From Polyangiaceae bacterium (GTDB lineage: Bacteria; Myxococcota_A; Polyangia; Polyangiales; Polyangiaceae), in the NCBI GenBank assembly GCA_035634635.1, contig DASQCO010000075.1:3382-67381 (forward strand): a stretch of 64,000 bases of DNA. The letters are read 5' to 3'. Shown in pieces: positions 17,222 through 27,465 of this stretch. The first letter of the stretch is position 1. Each line of letters starts with the position of its first letter. A program made the position numbers and the translations under genes. Under the pieces are notes generated by a model. It worked only from the letters and a program-made list of their open reading frames with translations. It had not been told where the DNA came from and searched no databases.

Positions 17222-18424
17222 ATGAGCGTCGACAAGAAAACCGTCGCCAGTTCTACCGATAGCGTGCACGCGGGCGTCCCCGACCAGCGCCCGCACAACA
17301 CGCTCGCGCTCAGCATCGACGCGACCGCCACGTTCACGTTCAAGGACACCGCCGAACTCGAGCGCTACATGCGCGGCGAAGATCCCGATCCTTCACGGGA
17401 GGAGTACGGGCGCTATGGCAATCCCACCGTCTGCGAGCTGGAGCGGCGTGTCGCCGATCTCGAGCTGGCGGAGGCGGGCGTGGCCTTTTCGAGCGGAATG
17501 GCTGCGGTTGCGACCGCCGTGCTGGCGTTGGTCAAAGCCGGTGAGCACATCGTCTTGTTCCGCGACGGCTACCGCCGCACGCGTCAGCTCGTGACACAGA
17601 CGCTGGCGCGCTACGGCGTCGAGCACACGATCGTACCGTCCGGCGATCTGACGGCCATGTCCGCGGCGCTAAAGGACAACACTCGACTCGTGATCGCGGA
17701 GTCGCCGACCAACCCCTACTTGTATTGCGCGGATTTGGCCGAGCTGTCGCGCATCGTCAAAGCGCGCGGTCGTATCAAGACCCTGGTCGATTCGACGTTC
17801 GCGACGCCCGTGAATTGTCGGCCTCTCGAGTTCGGCATCGACTTGGTCGTGCACAGCGCGACGAAGTACCTGTCCGGGCACAACGACGTGCTCGGCGGCG
17901 TCGTGGTCGGGCCGCAGCACCTCGTCTCGCTGCTGCGCGACGCGCGAGGCGTGCTGGGCAGTGTGCTCGATCCGCACGCGGCGTTCCTGATTGCGCGCGG
18001 CATCAAGACGCTTGGTGTGCGCGTGGAGCGCCAAAATGCCAGCGCGCTGGCGATTGCCCGACGTCTCGAAGCCGATCCGCGCATCGAGCGCGTGTTTTAT
18101 CCCATGCTCGAGAGTCACCCGTCGTACGCGATCGCGCGCACGCAAATGCGCGGCGGGAGCGGCGTCGTCAGCTTCATCGTCAAGGGTGGCCGCGCTGCGG
18201 CCTCGCGCTTGATCGACGCCGTGAAGATCCCCAAGATTGCCGCTTCACTCGGAGGGGTGGAGTCGCTGATCGAGCAGCCCGCGATCATGAGCTACTCGGA
18301 GTTGTCCACAGAGGAGCTGGCGAAGATTGGCATCGACCCTGCGCTCGTGCGCATGGCAGTCGGTATCGAAGACACCGCCGATCTCGTGCGCGATCTCGAA
18401 CAAGCGTTGCTCGCTTCGGGCTGA
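17222..18424 (+). CDS. Cystathionine gamma-synthase family PLP enzyme
   Basis: YGRYGNPT, FSSGMAA, ESPTNP, DSTFATP, HSATKYLSGHND and SLGGVESL motifs. Confidence 0.9.
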   Translation: MSVDKKTVASSTDSVHAGVPDQRPHNTLALSIDATATFTFKDTAELERYMRGEDPDPSREEYGRYGNPTVCELERRVADLELAEAGVAFSSGMAAVATAVLALVKAGEHIVLFRDGYRRTRQLVTQTLARYGVEHTIVPSGDLTAMSAALKDNTRLVIAESPTNPYLYCADLAELSRIVKARGRIKTLVDSTFATPVNCRPLEFGIDLVVHSATKYLSGHNDVLGGVVVGPQHLVSLLRDARGVLGSVLDPHAAFLIARGIKTLGVRVERQNASALAIARRLEADPRIERVFYPMLESHPSYAIARTQMRGGSGVVSFIVKGGRAAASRLIDAVKIPKIAASLGGVESLIEQPAIMSYSELSTEELAKIGIDPALVRMAVGIEDTADLVRDLEQALLASG

Positions 18425-18693
18425 GCGAAGCAAATCCATTCCGCCATACCCTGGCGGGAACCGCCTGCGCTGACCCCGTCGCAATCCGCGGGGGTGATGA
18501 AGCGCAACGTTGAGTGCTGCAAACAGGAATGAAGTACTACGCGCGGCTTGAACAAAAGTGATGGTTTTCGCCGGGCGTGTCCAATTTGCTCAGCGTTTTC
18601 GTGTCGCCCGAGACGTTCGCCCGGAGTAAGCTCGACTTCGTTGGGAACGTTGACCACCTGCACGCTGTGCGGGAGTGAATGGGGAAGTAAGCA

Positions 18694-19479
18694 GTGAGTG
18701 AGCTCAGGAGCTGGTTTCTGAGGAATGTGTTGGAGGCTGCGGAGCGTCAGCTGGGAGCGCCTGCGGTGGCTGGCTTGCGAACCCGCTTGCCGCCCCGCTT
18801 GGCCGCTCACGCTTCGCTCGAGCGGTTGCGCGCCAGCGCTGCACTCGACTGCGTCCCCCTCGAGGAAGGCGAGGAACTCCTGCTCTCCGTGGATTCGTTC
18901 TTGGGCGACGGCACGGGCAAGCTGCTCGAGAGCATCGGCATCGATCTCGCCGCGCGTGTGCTTTCGCAAGACGGCAGCGTGGTGCGCTCCGGAGATCTCG
19001 CCGGCACGGTGGCTCGCTTGCAAACCTTCGTTGAATACCCGTTCGTGGGTGTGCCCTTGGTGTTCGAGCTGCGACGCAACCCGACTGGCTTCTCGTTGAT
19101 CGTCGGTGTCAGCGGTCACTCACGCGCGACGCGCGCGGTGCGTCACTTGACGCTGGGCGCGATCATCGCTGCCGAGCGCTTTGCGCGCGAGGTCGGCGCA
19201 GAGAGCCTGAAGCTGTCCGCGGAGAACATTGCGGATCGCTCGAACATCAGCGCTCGCTATCTCGCCGTCGAAGCGGAGGTCGTCGAGCGAAAGGCGCTGC
19301 CCTCGCGTCGTCCCCTGACGACGCGAGCCCCGGCAGCTTCACTCAGCGCAGAAATCGAACGCATTTTGCGCACCAGCGCGCCACCGCGTCCGATCGAGGA
19401 CGAATCGCAGCCCCCGGAATCGATGACCCTGCGCGTCGCCAGCGCTGTCCCCGTGCGCGGCCCGGCCAGCAAGCGTTAG
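18694..19479 (+). CDS. Hypothetical protein
   Basis: Long ORF with host-like codon usage; no motif recognised with confidence. Confidence 0.55.
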   Translation: MSELRSWFLRNVLEAAERQLGAPAVAGLRTRLPPRLAAHASLERLRASAALDCVPLEEGEELLLSVDSFLGDGTGKLLESIGIDLAARVLSQDGSVVRSGDLAGTVARLQTFVEYPFVGVPLVFELRRNPTGFSLIVGVSGHSRATRAVRHLTLGAIIAAERFAREVGAESLKLSAENIADRSNISARYLAVEAEVVERKALPSRRPLTTRAPAASLSAEIERILRTSAPPRPIEDESQPPESMTLRVASAVPVRGPASKR

Positions 19480-19495
19480 CAGCTTTCACGCCAAG

Positions 19496-19948
19496 TCAGC
19501 CGCAATCAGGCTTGAACAGATCGCTCTGCACCGGTTCGGTGCCGTTTTTGAGCGTGTCCATGACCGAACCGACGATGCGCACGCGCCCTGCGCACACTGC
19601 GTCCCGGTCGACGCTGATGCCATCGAGGACGAAGACCATCGTCTTCGACTCACCTTTGTTCAGGTTGATTGGGAACATGGGCGTTGGGAGGGCATCGGTG
19701 AGGGCGACCAACGACTCCCCTGCCTCGTTCTGCAGCTCGAAGTTCCCGGAAGAAACCTCAGTCGAGCCGTTTGCCTCTGACCCGAGCGCCAGGTCGAGGT
19801 GAAAGCTGCCATTGATGCCGCTGAACGCACTATTCGTCACTTGAATCGACGGTTGGCTGATCCGCGCGGTCAGCGATAAATCACTGGCATCGACGCTGCA
19901 GGCGACGAGACCAACCGGCAAAACCAAAAACGCAAGCCATGACCGCAT
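19496..19948 (-). CDS. Hypothetical lipoprotein
   Basis: Signal peptide ending in LVAC; beta-rich body. Confidence 0.7.
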   Translation of the reverse strand: MRSWLAFLVLPVGLVACSVDASDLSLTARISQPSIQVTNSAFSGINGSFHLDLALGSEANGSTEVSSGNFELQNEAGESLVALTDALPTPMFPINLNKGESKTMVFVLDGISVDRDAVCAGRVRIVGSVMDTLKNGTEPVQSDLFKPDCG

Positions 19949-20005
19949 ACGGCGGACTTTAGCGGTGAATCGCCACGGTTTCCAGTTCGGCTATGCTCCG
20001 GCGCG

Positions 20006-21634
20006 GTGCGCCTTTCTGCTTGCTGGTCTGCCTACTGGTCTGCCTACTGTTTTTTTTCGATCTTCGGCGTGCTGAGCTGCGCCAAGCCGAACCGAGACGC
20101 GCGCGGCATCGACTACCCAAGCACGGTCACACCGGCGCTACCCGTCACGCCGCCGACGCGAGCGTTACCGCCCACCACGCCACCCGCAGCTCCAGCCACG
20201 CTGCCTGTCACGCCCCCTACCCCGACCCCAATCGCAACCCCAACTAGTCCGGCGTTCGGTAGCGCTGCGTTTGCGAGTGATGCGCCAGTATTGGTCGAGC
20301 GTGCCAGCAGAGACGGGCACTGGGTCGCGTTGTGCACCGCGCGCAACGACAGCAACGGCGACGGCCGACTGACGGCCAGCGCGGGCCCGCGTGGCGAGCT
20401 GCGCGGGGACAGCTTCGAGCGCTACCTCATCGCACCGAACGCAGAGCTACCCATCGAAGCCGTACTCGGAGCGGATGCGAGTGGGCGGTACGCATTGGTG
20501 ATGCAGCGGGGCGCACTCCTGCTCTGGGATGCCGAGAGCCGAAAAACCCTGGATTTGTCGGCGCTCGGCGTGGACGCACGCCTCAGCGCTCAGTCTTTCG
20601 CAGAGCTGCGCACGGTCGCCTTCGACAAGGACTCTCGACGACTCTTGTACGTCCGACAGAGCGACGCGGGTGGTCGCCTCGTGGTCCGAAATCTCGAAGA
20701 TGGCAGCGAACGAAGGCTCGACCCGGGGCCTGGTTCAATCTGGCGCGCCCGCTTCGACCCAGGCGGAGCATTCATCGTCGTCGAGCTCATCAACGACGAT
20801 AGCAACAAGAATGGCCGATTCGACTTTCCAGCGCCCATCCTGAAAACTCCTCGACCGTGCAGTGCAGGTCCGGGTCGCTACCATACCTGGGTCGATCGCG
20901 GGGATCGCCCAACGACGGTGCTCGTTCCGCTGAGTGGAGGCGCGCCGATCGTCGATCCGGATTTGGTGATGGCGTTCGGTGACGCGCTGCTAGTTCGCAA
21001 CGCGAGCGGCGAGCTCTACCTGTCGCGCGGCGGAAAGAAGCGCTTGCTCGAACCTGCGGCGTGCAAGGGACGCATCGTGCATGCCGATCCAGAGCGCGAG
21101 CTACTCGTCGTGGGGTGTGCGCAAAAGAAGACCGGCAAGGTGAGCCTCGAGATCGTGACCCGCAATGAGCGCAAGCCGCTCGGCCTCGAGCTTTCCAGCG
21201 TGGAGCTCGATCGCGAAGTGAGCGACGCGCCGCGCCTGGTCGCGCTCTATCCGGGGCTCGAGACGGTGTTGCTCGACGCCGATCGACGCGAGCTGATTTC
21301 GCTCAAAACCTCCGACGTCGTACTCGCGACCCGCGCGGGTCGCGCCTTGGTTCGTCGCGGAAACACTTTGCTCTTTTTCGACGCTGATCGGCGTACGGAG
21401 CAAGCGCTGCCCGTCACGCTCGACCGCTATCCACAGCTCCTGCTGACCGCGCCGTTCGTCTTCATCTCACCCGCGCTGGTCAACCTCGACAGCGCAGCGC
21501 TCGTGGGTACGAGCACTGCGCGCCCGCTTTCGCTATCGAGCGAGGGGCAGCTGTTGATGCCGGAGAAGGAGGCGGAGGCCGACGGCACGCGCGTCGCGCG
21601 CGGACCACTTCACTGGCTGACGCCGAGCTTGTGA
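20006..21634 (+). CDS. Hypothetical lipoprotein, probable beta-propeller with DxNxDG Ca-binding loops
   Basis: VLSC lipobox, Pro/Thr linker, DSNGDG and DSNKNG loops. Confidence 0.6.
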   Translation: MRLSACWSAYWSAYCFFSIFGVLSCAKPNRDARGIDYPSTVTPALPVTPPTRALPPTTPPAAPATLPVTPPTPTPIATPTSPAFGSAAFASDAPVLVERASRDGHWVALCTARNDSNGDGRLTASAGPRGELRGDSFERYLIAPNAELPIEAVLGADASGRYALVMQRGALLLWDAESRKTLDLSALGVDARLSAQSFAELRTVAFDKDSRRLLYVRQSDAGGRLVVRNLEDGSERRLDPGPGSIWRARFDPGGAFIVVELINDDSNKNGRFDFPAPILKTPRPCSAGPGRYHTWVDRGDRPTTVLVPLSGGAPIVDPDLVMAFGDALLVRNASGELYLSRGGKKRLLEPAACKGRIVHADPERELLVVGCAQKKTGKVSLEIVTRNERKPLGLELSSVELDREVSDAPRLVALYPGLETVLLDADRRELISLKTSDVVLATRAGRALVRRGNTLLFFDADRRTEQALPVTLDRYPQLLLTAPFVFISPALVNLDSAALVGTSTARPLSLSSEGQLLMPEKEAEADGTRVARGPLHWLTPSL

Positions 21635-21668
21635 GCGGAGCGGACATGATATAGTCCCGGGCCCGCTC

Positions 21669-22940
21669 ATGGACTTGCTCGAAGATCTCGCGTTTCGCGG
21701 CCTGATTCATCAACAGACGAACCCGGATGGGCTGCGCGCTCATCTGCAGAGTCCGCGCGCCGTGTATTGCGGCTTCGACCCAACTCGGGATTCGCTCACG
21801 ATTGGCAACTTGGTCCCGATCTTGCTCTTGCGACGCTTTCAGCAAGCAGGGCACCGCCCCGTCGTGATCGCCGGAGGCGGCACCGGCATGATCGGCGATC
21901 CTTCCGGCAAGGACGCGGAGCGCACCTTGATGTCGCTCGAGCAGATCGAGAAGAACGTGGCCGGCCAGCGCGCGATCTTCGAGGGCCTGCTGGATTTCAG
22001 CGGGCCGAATGCCGCCATCATCCTGAACAACGCGGATTGGCTCAAGGGCATCGGTTACCTGGAGATGTTGCGCGACGTCGGCAAATACTTCTCGATCAAC
22101 ATGATGATCCAAAAGGACTCGGTCCGGGATCGCCTGCAAAACCGCGAACAAGGCATCAGCTACACCGAGTTCAGCTACATGCTCTTGCAGGCTTACGATT
22201 TCCTGCATCTCTTCGAGCAGCACGGCGTCACACTCCAGGTATGTGGGTCGGATCAGTGGGGCAACGTCGTCAGCGGGATTGATTTGATTCGCCGCAAGCA
22301 TCAGGCCGAAGCATTCGGCCTGACCGCGCCGCTCGTCACCAAGTCGGACGGCGGCAAGTTCGGCAAGACGGAGACCGGCGCCATCTGGCTGGATCAGACG
22401 CGCACCTCTGCCTATGCGTTCTACCAATTCTGGTTGAACACGGCGGATGCGGACGTGCTCAAGTTCCTGCGCATTTACAGCTTCCTCGATCACGCCGAGA
22501 TTTTGCGCCTGACTGCGGAACACGAAGCCAACCCGGGCGCGCGCGCCGCCCATCGCGCCCTCGCCAATCACGTGACCGAGCTCGTGCACGGCTCTGACGG
22601 GCTCGCTCGCGCGCGCACTGCCACGCAAGCGCTGTTCTCGGGGGACGTCGCTTCGCTACCGCGCGAGACGCTGGAAGAGCTGTTTCAAAGCGCACCCACG
22701 GTCACACTGCCCAAAGCGCGCCTCGAAGGTGAAGGCGTGCCCGCGGCAGACTTTTTGGTCGAAGCCGGCGTGGTCAAGAGCAAGCGTGAAGCGCGTGAGT
22801 TCTTGTCGAACAATTCCATCACCATCAGCGCGCGCAAAGCCGATCTCGAAACGCGCGTCACTGCGGACTGGCTTTTGTTCGGCGAGATCGCGCTCGTCCG
22901 CCGCGGAAAGAAGAATTGGCACGTGGCGCGCTTCGAGTAA
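21669..22940 (+). CDS. tyrS: Tyrosine--tRNA ligase
   Basis: YCGFDPT, GDPSGK, EFSYMLLQAYD, GSDQWGN and KFGKT motifs, with a C-terminal S4 domain. Confidence 0.97.
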   Translation: MDLLEDLAFRGLIHQQTNPDGLRAHLQSPRAVYCGFDPTRDSLTIGNLVPILLLRRFQQAGHRPVVIAGGGTGMIGDPSGKDAERTLMSLEQIEKNVAGQRAIFEGLLDFSGPNAAIILNNADWLKGIGYLEMLRDVGKYFSINMMIQKDSVRDRLQNREQGISYTEFSYMLLQAYDFLHLFEQHGVTLQVCGSDQWGNVVSGIDLIRRKHQAEAFGLTAPLVTKSDGGKFGKTETGAIWLDQTRTSAYAFYQFWLNTADADVLKFLRIYSFLDHAEILRLTAEHEANPGARAAHRALANHVTELVHGSDGLARARTATQALFSGDVASLPRETLEELFQSAPTVTLPKARLEGEGVPAADFLVEAGVVKSKREAREFLSNNSITISARKADLETRVTADWLLFGEIALVRRGKKNWHVARFE

Positions 22941-23032
22941 GCGAGTGCGGACTGCGCGGTGCGCATCCCACGTTATCCGCCTCAAGTGTCGCGCCTCGGT
23001 AACCGTTCACCGTTCTGCGAGTACGACGAGCT

Positions 23033-23284
23033 ATGTCGATGCGAATGGTGAACGGATACGTCTGCCGCAATTGCGCCGACGAGGAACTGGCCAAGAAGGG
23101 GGTCGACCCCGCGCATCCGAAGAAGGCCCTCGCCGCGAACGAGGCGTACGTCTCGGAGTCCGACGCAGCGCGTAACCGCGGCTTTCTGTCTCCCCTGGAA
23201 GCCGCGAAGAAAAGCGCTGAACTCGGGGTGAATCGCCCGGAAGCGAGCGGGGATCAGGGCCGGAAACTGAATCTGTACGCCTGA
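23033..23284 (+). CDS. Small hypothetical protein with CxxC
   Basis: Compact N-terminal motif VNGYVCRNCADEELAKKGVDPAHPK; fills the gap between two co-oriented genes. Confidence 0.6.
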   Translation: MSMRMVNGYVCRNCADEELAKKGVDPAHPKKALAANEAYVSESDAARNRGFLSPLEAAKKSAELGVNRPEASGDQGRKLNLYA

Positions 23285-23345
23285 TCGCCGGCATTTTTGC
23301 GGGGACTCATTGAAACCCGGCGCCGCATTCGTTACGACGCAAGGC

Positions 23346-24821
23346 GTGAGCAACGACGATCGACTGCCGGGTGTGAGCGCGATGAGTTTGTATGTCCCGC
23401 GGCTGCGTGTGCCGCTGGACCAATGGTGCGCCTGGACTGGAAATAGCTGGGACAAAGTTCGAGCCGTCGTCGGCCACAGCTTCCGCGTCTGTGGTCGCCA
23501 CGAGAACGTGTACACGATGGCGGCGAACGCCGTGCTGCGGCTGATCTTGCAGAACGAGATCGATCCGGCGCGCGTTGGCTCGCTCGGACTCGGCACCGAA
23601 TCGAGCACGGACAACGCCGCGGGCGCGGTGATCGTGCGCGGCATGGTGGATCGCGCGCTCGACAAGCTGAACATGCCGCGCTTGTCGCGTCAGCTCGAAG
23701 TGCCGGAGTTCAAGCACGCTTGCTTGGGCGGCGTGTACGCGCTCAAGAACGCGCTCCGCTACGTGAACTACGACGGTCGTGATCGACAAGCGATCGTGGT
23801 CAGCGCGGACGTCGCCGAGTACGAGCGCGGCTCGAGTGGTGAACAGACGCAAGGCGCTGGCGCGGTGGCCATGCTCGTCGAACGCACGCCCCAATTGTTC
23901 GGCGTCGATCTCTTGCACGCAGGCAGCTCGTCGGACTATCGCGGTCCGGATTTCCGGAAGCCGCACGCACGTCACTTCACCGACGGCTACGCGCCGAACA
24001 CCGAGCGATTGAGCGACTTCCCCGTGTTCAGCGGCAAGTACTCGACGTACGCGTATCTGGACGAGACGGTACATGCCGTCGAAGACATGCTGAAGCGCTT
24101 GGACGTCTCGGCGGGCAGCTACTACCAGAGCGTTCAGGGCCTGTTTTTCCATCGCCCGTATCACCTGATGCCGGTGCAAGCGATGGCCTTCTTGTATGTC
24201 CGCGGCCTGGCCCGAGGCGACCATCATCAAGCCGAATTCCAGGCTTTGTGCGCGGAAGCGGGCGTGCAGGTCGAAACCGTACTGACCGAAACCAAGTCCA
24301 CGCCCGATCTGTATGACTTGGTGCTCAAGGGTGGCGCGGAAAACGATCCGTACAGCGCTACCAGCGCCGTCGCGAGCCTGCTGCGCAAGAAGCCGAACTT
24401 CCGCGAGCTGCTCACGCAGAAGATGTCGCTCGGCTCCGAGAACACGAAGCAGCTCGGCAATCTGTACAGCGCCGCGCTCCCCGCGTGGATCGCGGCAGGT
24501 CTCGAGGACGCCGCAGAGAAGCAGCTGCCGCTCGCTCACGCCAACATGGTCGCCGTCGGCTACGGCAGCGGAGACGCCGCAGAGGCGATCCCCATTTCAC
24601 CGAGCGAGGGCTTCGAAAAAGCCGCGGCCCGCATCGGCTTCGGGCGCGCATTGGGCGGCGCCATCGACCTGACTCAAGCGCAGTACGAGTCCCTGCACGA
24701 TCGACGCGAGCTCGACCTGCCGTATGCGCCGAGCTCCGAGTTCGTGATCGATCGCGTCGGCACGGCTTACGACGCGACGTTTCAAGACCTGAGCGTCGAG
24801 TACTACGAGTACGTGAAATAG
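23346..24821 (+). CDS. Hydroxymethylglutaryl-CoA synthase family protein
   Basis: GTES, EFKHACLGG (catalytic Cys), EQTQGAGAVAML, DFRKP, FHRPY, GNLYSA and GYGSG motifs. Confidence 0.85.
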   Translation: MSNDDRLPGVSAMSLYVPRLRVPLDQWCAWTGNSWDKVRAVVGHSFRVCGRHENVYTMAANAVLRLILQNEIDPARVGSLGLGTESSTDNAAGAVIVRGMVDRALDKLNMPRLSRQLEVPEFKHACLGGVYALKNALRYVNYDGRDRQAIVVSADVAEYERGSSGEQTQGAGAVAMLVERTPQLFGVDLLHAGSSSDYRGPDFRKPHARHFTDGYAPNTERLSDFPVFSGKYSTYAYLDETVHAVEDMLKRLDVSAGSYYQSVQGLFFHRPYHLMPVQAMAFLYVRGLARGDHHQAEFQALCAEAGVQVETVLTETKSTPDLYDLVLKGGAENDPYSATSAVASLLRKKPNFRELLTQKMSLGSENTKQLGNLYSAALPAWIAAGLEDAAEKQLPLAHANMVAVGYGSGDAAEAIPISPSEGFEKAAARIGFGRALGGAIDLTQAQYESLHDRRELDLPYAPSSEFVIDRVGTAYDATFQDLSVEYYEYVK

Positions 24822-24829
24822 CGGCGCGC

Positions 24830-25894
24830 ATGGCCCGCCGGCAGCGCCTACCCGAAGCACTCTGGGCGGGTTTGCTCTGGGTGATCGCCTGGGGTGTGGC
24901 CTGGGCGCTGCTGGTGATGGAGCGCATCCTCGAGCTTCGAGAAGGACCACCGCGCACGGCGCTGGTCCTGTTCGGCATGCTGCTGGTCGTCGGCTCGGCC
25001 CCTTGGGCGACTCGCGCGCTCGCACGCAGCGGCCTTCGCTACTTGCCGCTGCTGGTGCTGGGCGTGATCGCCGTGCGCGAAGGATTTCGCGCTGCGCTGC
25101 GACGACAATACGTCGCGAGCGCGCCCGTCAAACGCGTCGAACTCGCCGAGAGCCTTTGGCACCCCGTAACGACCACGGATCTCGCGCTCAGCTACTATGT
25201 GCTCGGCGCGCCGCAGCTCGAGGCCGAGCGGTTACGGATCGTCGCGCTATCGGACCTGCATGTCTCGCACGCCTTGCCCGGCGACTACTACGCTCGCGTG
25301 CGCGCATCGATCGCGGCTCAAGACCCCGATCTGATCCTGCTCAGCGGCGACTACGTATCACGGTCCGAGAATGTCGAGCTGCTCGCCCGCGTGTTCGCGC
25401 CGCGTTGGCCGGCGCGCTTCGGCGTGTTTGCAGTGCTTGGCAACCATGACTTTTGGGCGAACTCAGCCGGGATTCGTGACACGTTGAGCGCGGCAGGTGT
25501 CACGCTGCTCGAGAACCGCTGCTGGCATCTGCCACGCGGCGTCGGCCGAGTTGCGCTGTGCGGGACGGAGGCACCTTGGGGCGCCGAGCTCAGCGCTGAG
25601 CTCGACCGAAGCGAGCTCAACATCGTGCTCAGCCACACGCCAGACAACGTGTATCATTTGGCGACGCAAGGCGCGTCACTGGTATTCGCTGGCCACACGC
25701 ACGGCGGACAAATGCGCGTGCCCGGTCTTGGCTCGCTCGTCGTGCCGTCGCGTTACGGTAGGATTTTCGATCAGGGACACTTTCGCGTCAACGGCACTGA
25801 CCTGTTCGTTTCCGCGGGCATCGGTGCGGATGCGCCGGCGCTGCGTGTTTATTGCCCGCCCGAAATGTTCGTCGTCGACGTCAGACGCGAGTGA
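24830..25894 (+). CDS. Membrane-anchored metallophosphoesterase (YkuE-like)
   Basis: N-terminal TM segments; SDLH, GDYV, GNHD, SHTPD and GHTHGGQ motifs. Confidence 0.9.
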   Translation: MARRQRLPEALWAGLLWVIAWGVAWALLVMERILELREGPPRTALVLFGMLLVVGSAPWATRALARSGLRYLPLLVLGVIAVREGFRAALRRQYVASAPVKRVELAESLWHPVTTTDLALSYYVLGAPQLEAERLRIVALSDLHVSHALPGDYYARVRASIAAQDPDLILLSGDYVSRSENVELLARVFAPRWPARFGVFAVLGNHDFWANSAGIRDTLSAAGVTLLENRCWHLPRGVGRVALCGTEAPWGAELSAELDRSELNIVLSHTPDNVYHLATQGASLVFAGHTHGGQMRVPGLGSLVVPSRYGRIFDQGHFRVNGTDLFVSAGIGADAPALRVYCPPEMFVVDVRRE

Positions 25895-26134
25895 CCTTCA
25901 CGATTGGTTTGGGGGCGCTCACACTCCAGCATCGCAGCTCATAGCGCGCAGAGTTCCCGCGCTGCGAATCGACCTAAGAGCCCCTGCGCCAACAAACTAG
26001 CAAGTTCGTTCAACTGATCTGCGCCTTGATCGTGATACGGCAGAGCAGCGCCCTCGTGCGCGCAGCGATTGTTTCGTCCTCATAACGACGCGCTCCGGGC
26101 CTCGCTCCGCGCGCAACACGCGATCTCAAACTCG

Positions 26135-27460
26135 ATGTTAAAAACACCCAACACCCCCCGATTTTCCGGTGCGTTCCTGGTGACGATCGCGCTCTCGTGC
26201 GGCGGTTGTATGCGAGAAGTGAGTCCAGGTCACTACGTGCTCGGATTCAACAACTCAGCCACGACGCCGACCGCCGCGGAGGCGCGCCCGGCCGGCGCTG
26301 CAACGCCTGCGGCCCCAGCGGCCGCTCAAGCCCCTGCTCCTGCTGCAGCTCCAGCTCCGTCAGCACCGATGGCGGCTGCGCCAGGCGCGCCCCCGGCACC
26401 CGCTGCCAAGAGCCTCGCGTCGCAGGCACCCGCCGGAAACTGGGCGGCGGAACTGCCGAACACCGTCGCCGTCAAGCAAGCGATCCAAGGCACGAGCACC
26501 GCGGACACTGCCGCCCGACAAGAAGCAGCCTTCGCGACCCTGTGCGATTACATCGAGACGCGCAACGGCGGCATGTTCAAACCAATGGCGCCTGCGGTTC
26601 AGAAGACATTCTTGGCGTACTCCGCAGAAGCGTCCAAGACGCATCCGAACATGCCGCGCTCGGTGAGTCCCGCGGCCAGCGTGTACTTCGACTCACTGGC
26701 CTTTCGCGAGCAAACCGTCTCGAAGCTGATCAACAAGCCGGCCTTCGACTACTACGCCGCAACCTCGAGCAACGTCGCCGAGCTTCGCGCACAGGCTCCG
26801 GTCCGCGCCAAGCAGGCCGCGATGAAGCAAGAGGGTAGTGACTGGCAACGTCGCGTTCAGCCAGACGTGGCGAAAGCCAAGAAAGAGCACTCGACATTGC
26901 TCGGCGTCGCCATGGGCGTCCCGCTGAGCGTCCCGACGTGCGCGGGGCTCGGCGTCGATCCGACGGCCGTCAAAGGTGGGCAGATGCTGAACGGGGTCGG
27001 CCTGGGCGCATTCAGCGAGATGATGGGCGCGGATCCGAAGGCGACGGCCAACGCGGCGAGCAAAGCCGTCGGTTGCTACAGCGTGTTCAACGACGGAACC
27101 GAGTCGATCACTTGGCTGCAAACGCCAGCGTGGGTCGTCTCGGCCGAAAGCATCGTCAAGGGCGGCGTACTCCTCGGTGGCCGCATCATCGCGCGCGAAG
27201 ACGACGCCTTGTTCAAGCAACTCGCGCGCAAATACGGCTCGCCGACCTCGACGGAAAAGGTCAACTTTCAAAACGCGTATGGCGCACGGTCCGAGCGCAC
27301 TTCGGCGGAATGGCGCCTACCCGGCGTGTACGTCAAGTACGCGCCGCGCGGTGGGGACATGCAAATGCCCGTCGGTGATCTGCTGGTCGAGCTCGACACC
27401 GTTCATCAACTGAGCGTGAAGGCTGAAGCCGAGAAGGAAGAGCAAGGCCCGCAGCTCTGA
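26135..27460 (+). CDS. Hypothetical secreted protein or lipoprotein
   Basis: Signal with SCGGC and an Ala/Pro linker; long ORF. Confidence 0.65.
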   Translation: MLKTPNTPRFSGAFLVTIALSCGGCMREVSPGHYVLGFNNSATTPTAAEARPAGAATPAAPAAAQAPAPAAAPAPSAPMAAAPGAPPAPAAKSLASQAPAGNWAAELPNTVAVKQAIQGTSTADTAARQEAAFATLCDYIETRNGGMFKPMAPAVQKTFLAYSAEASKTHPNMPRSVSPAASVYFDSLAFREQTVSKLINKPAFDYYAATSSNVAELRAQAPVRAKQAAMKQEGSDWQRRVQPDVAKAKKEHSTLLGVAMGVPLSVPTCAGLGVDPTAVKGGQMLNGVGLGAFSEMMGADPKATANAASKAVGCYSVFNDGTESITWLQTPAWVVSAESIVKGGVLLGGRIIAREDDALFKQLARKYGSPTSTEKVNFQNAYGARSERTSAEWRLPGVYVKYAPRGGDMQMPVGDLLVELDTVHQLSVKAEAEKEEQGPQL

Positions 27461-27465
27461 TCGAG

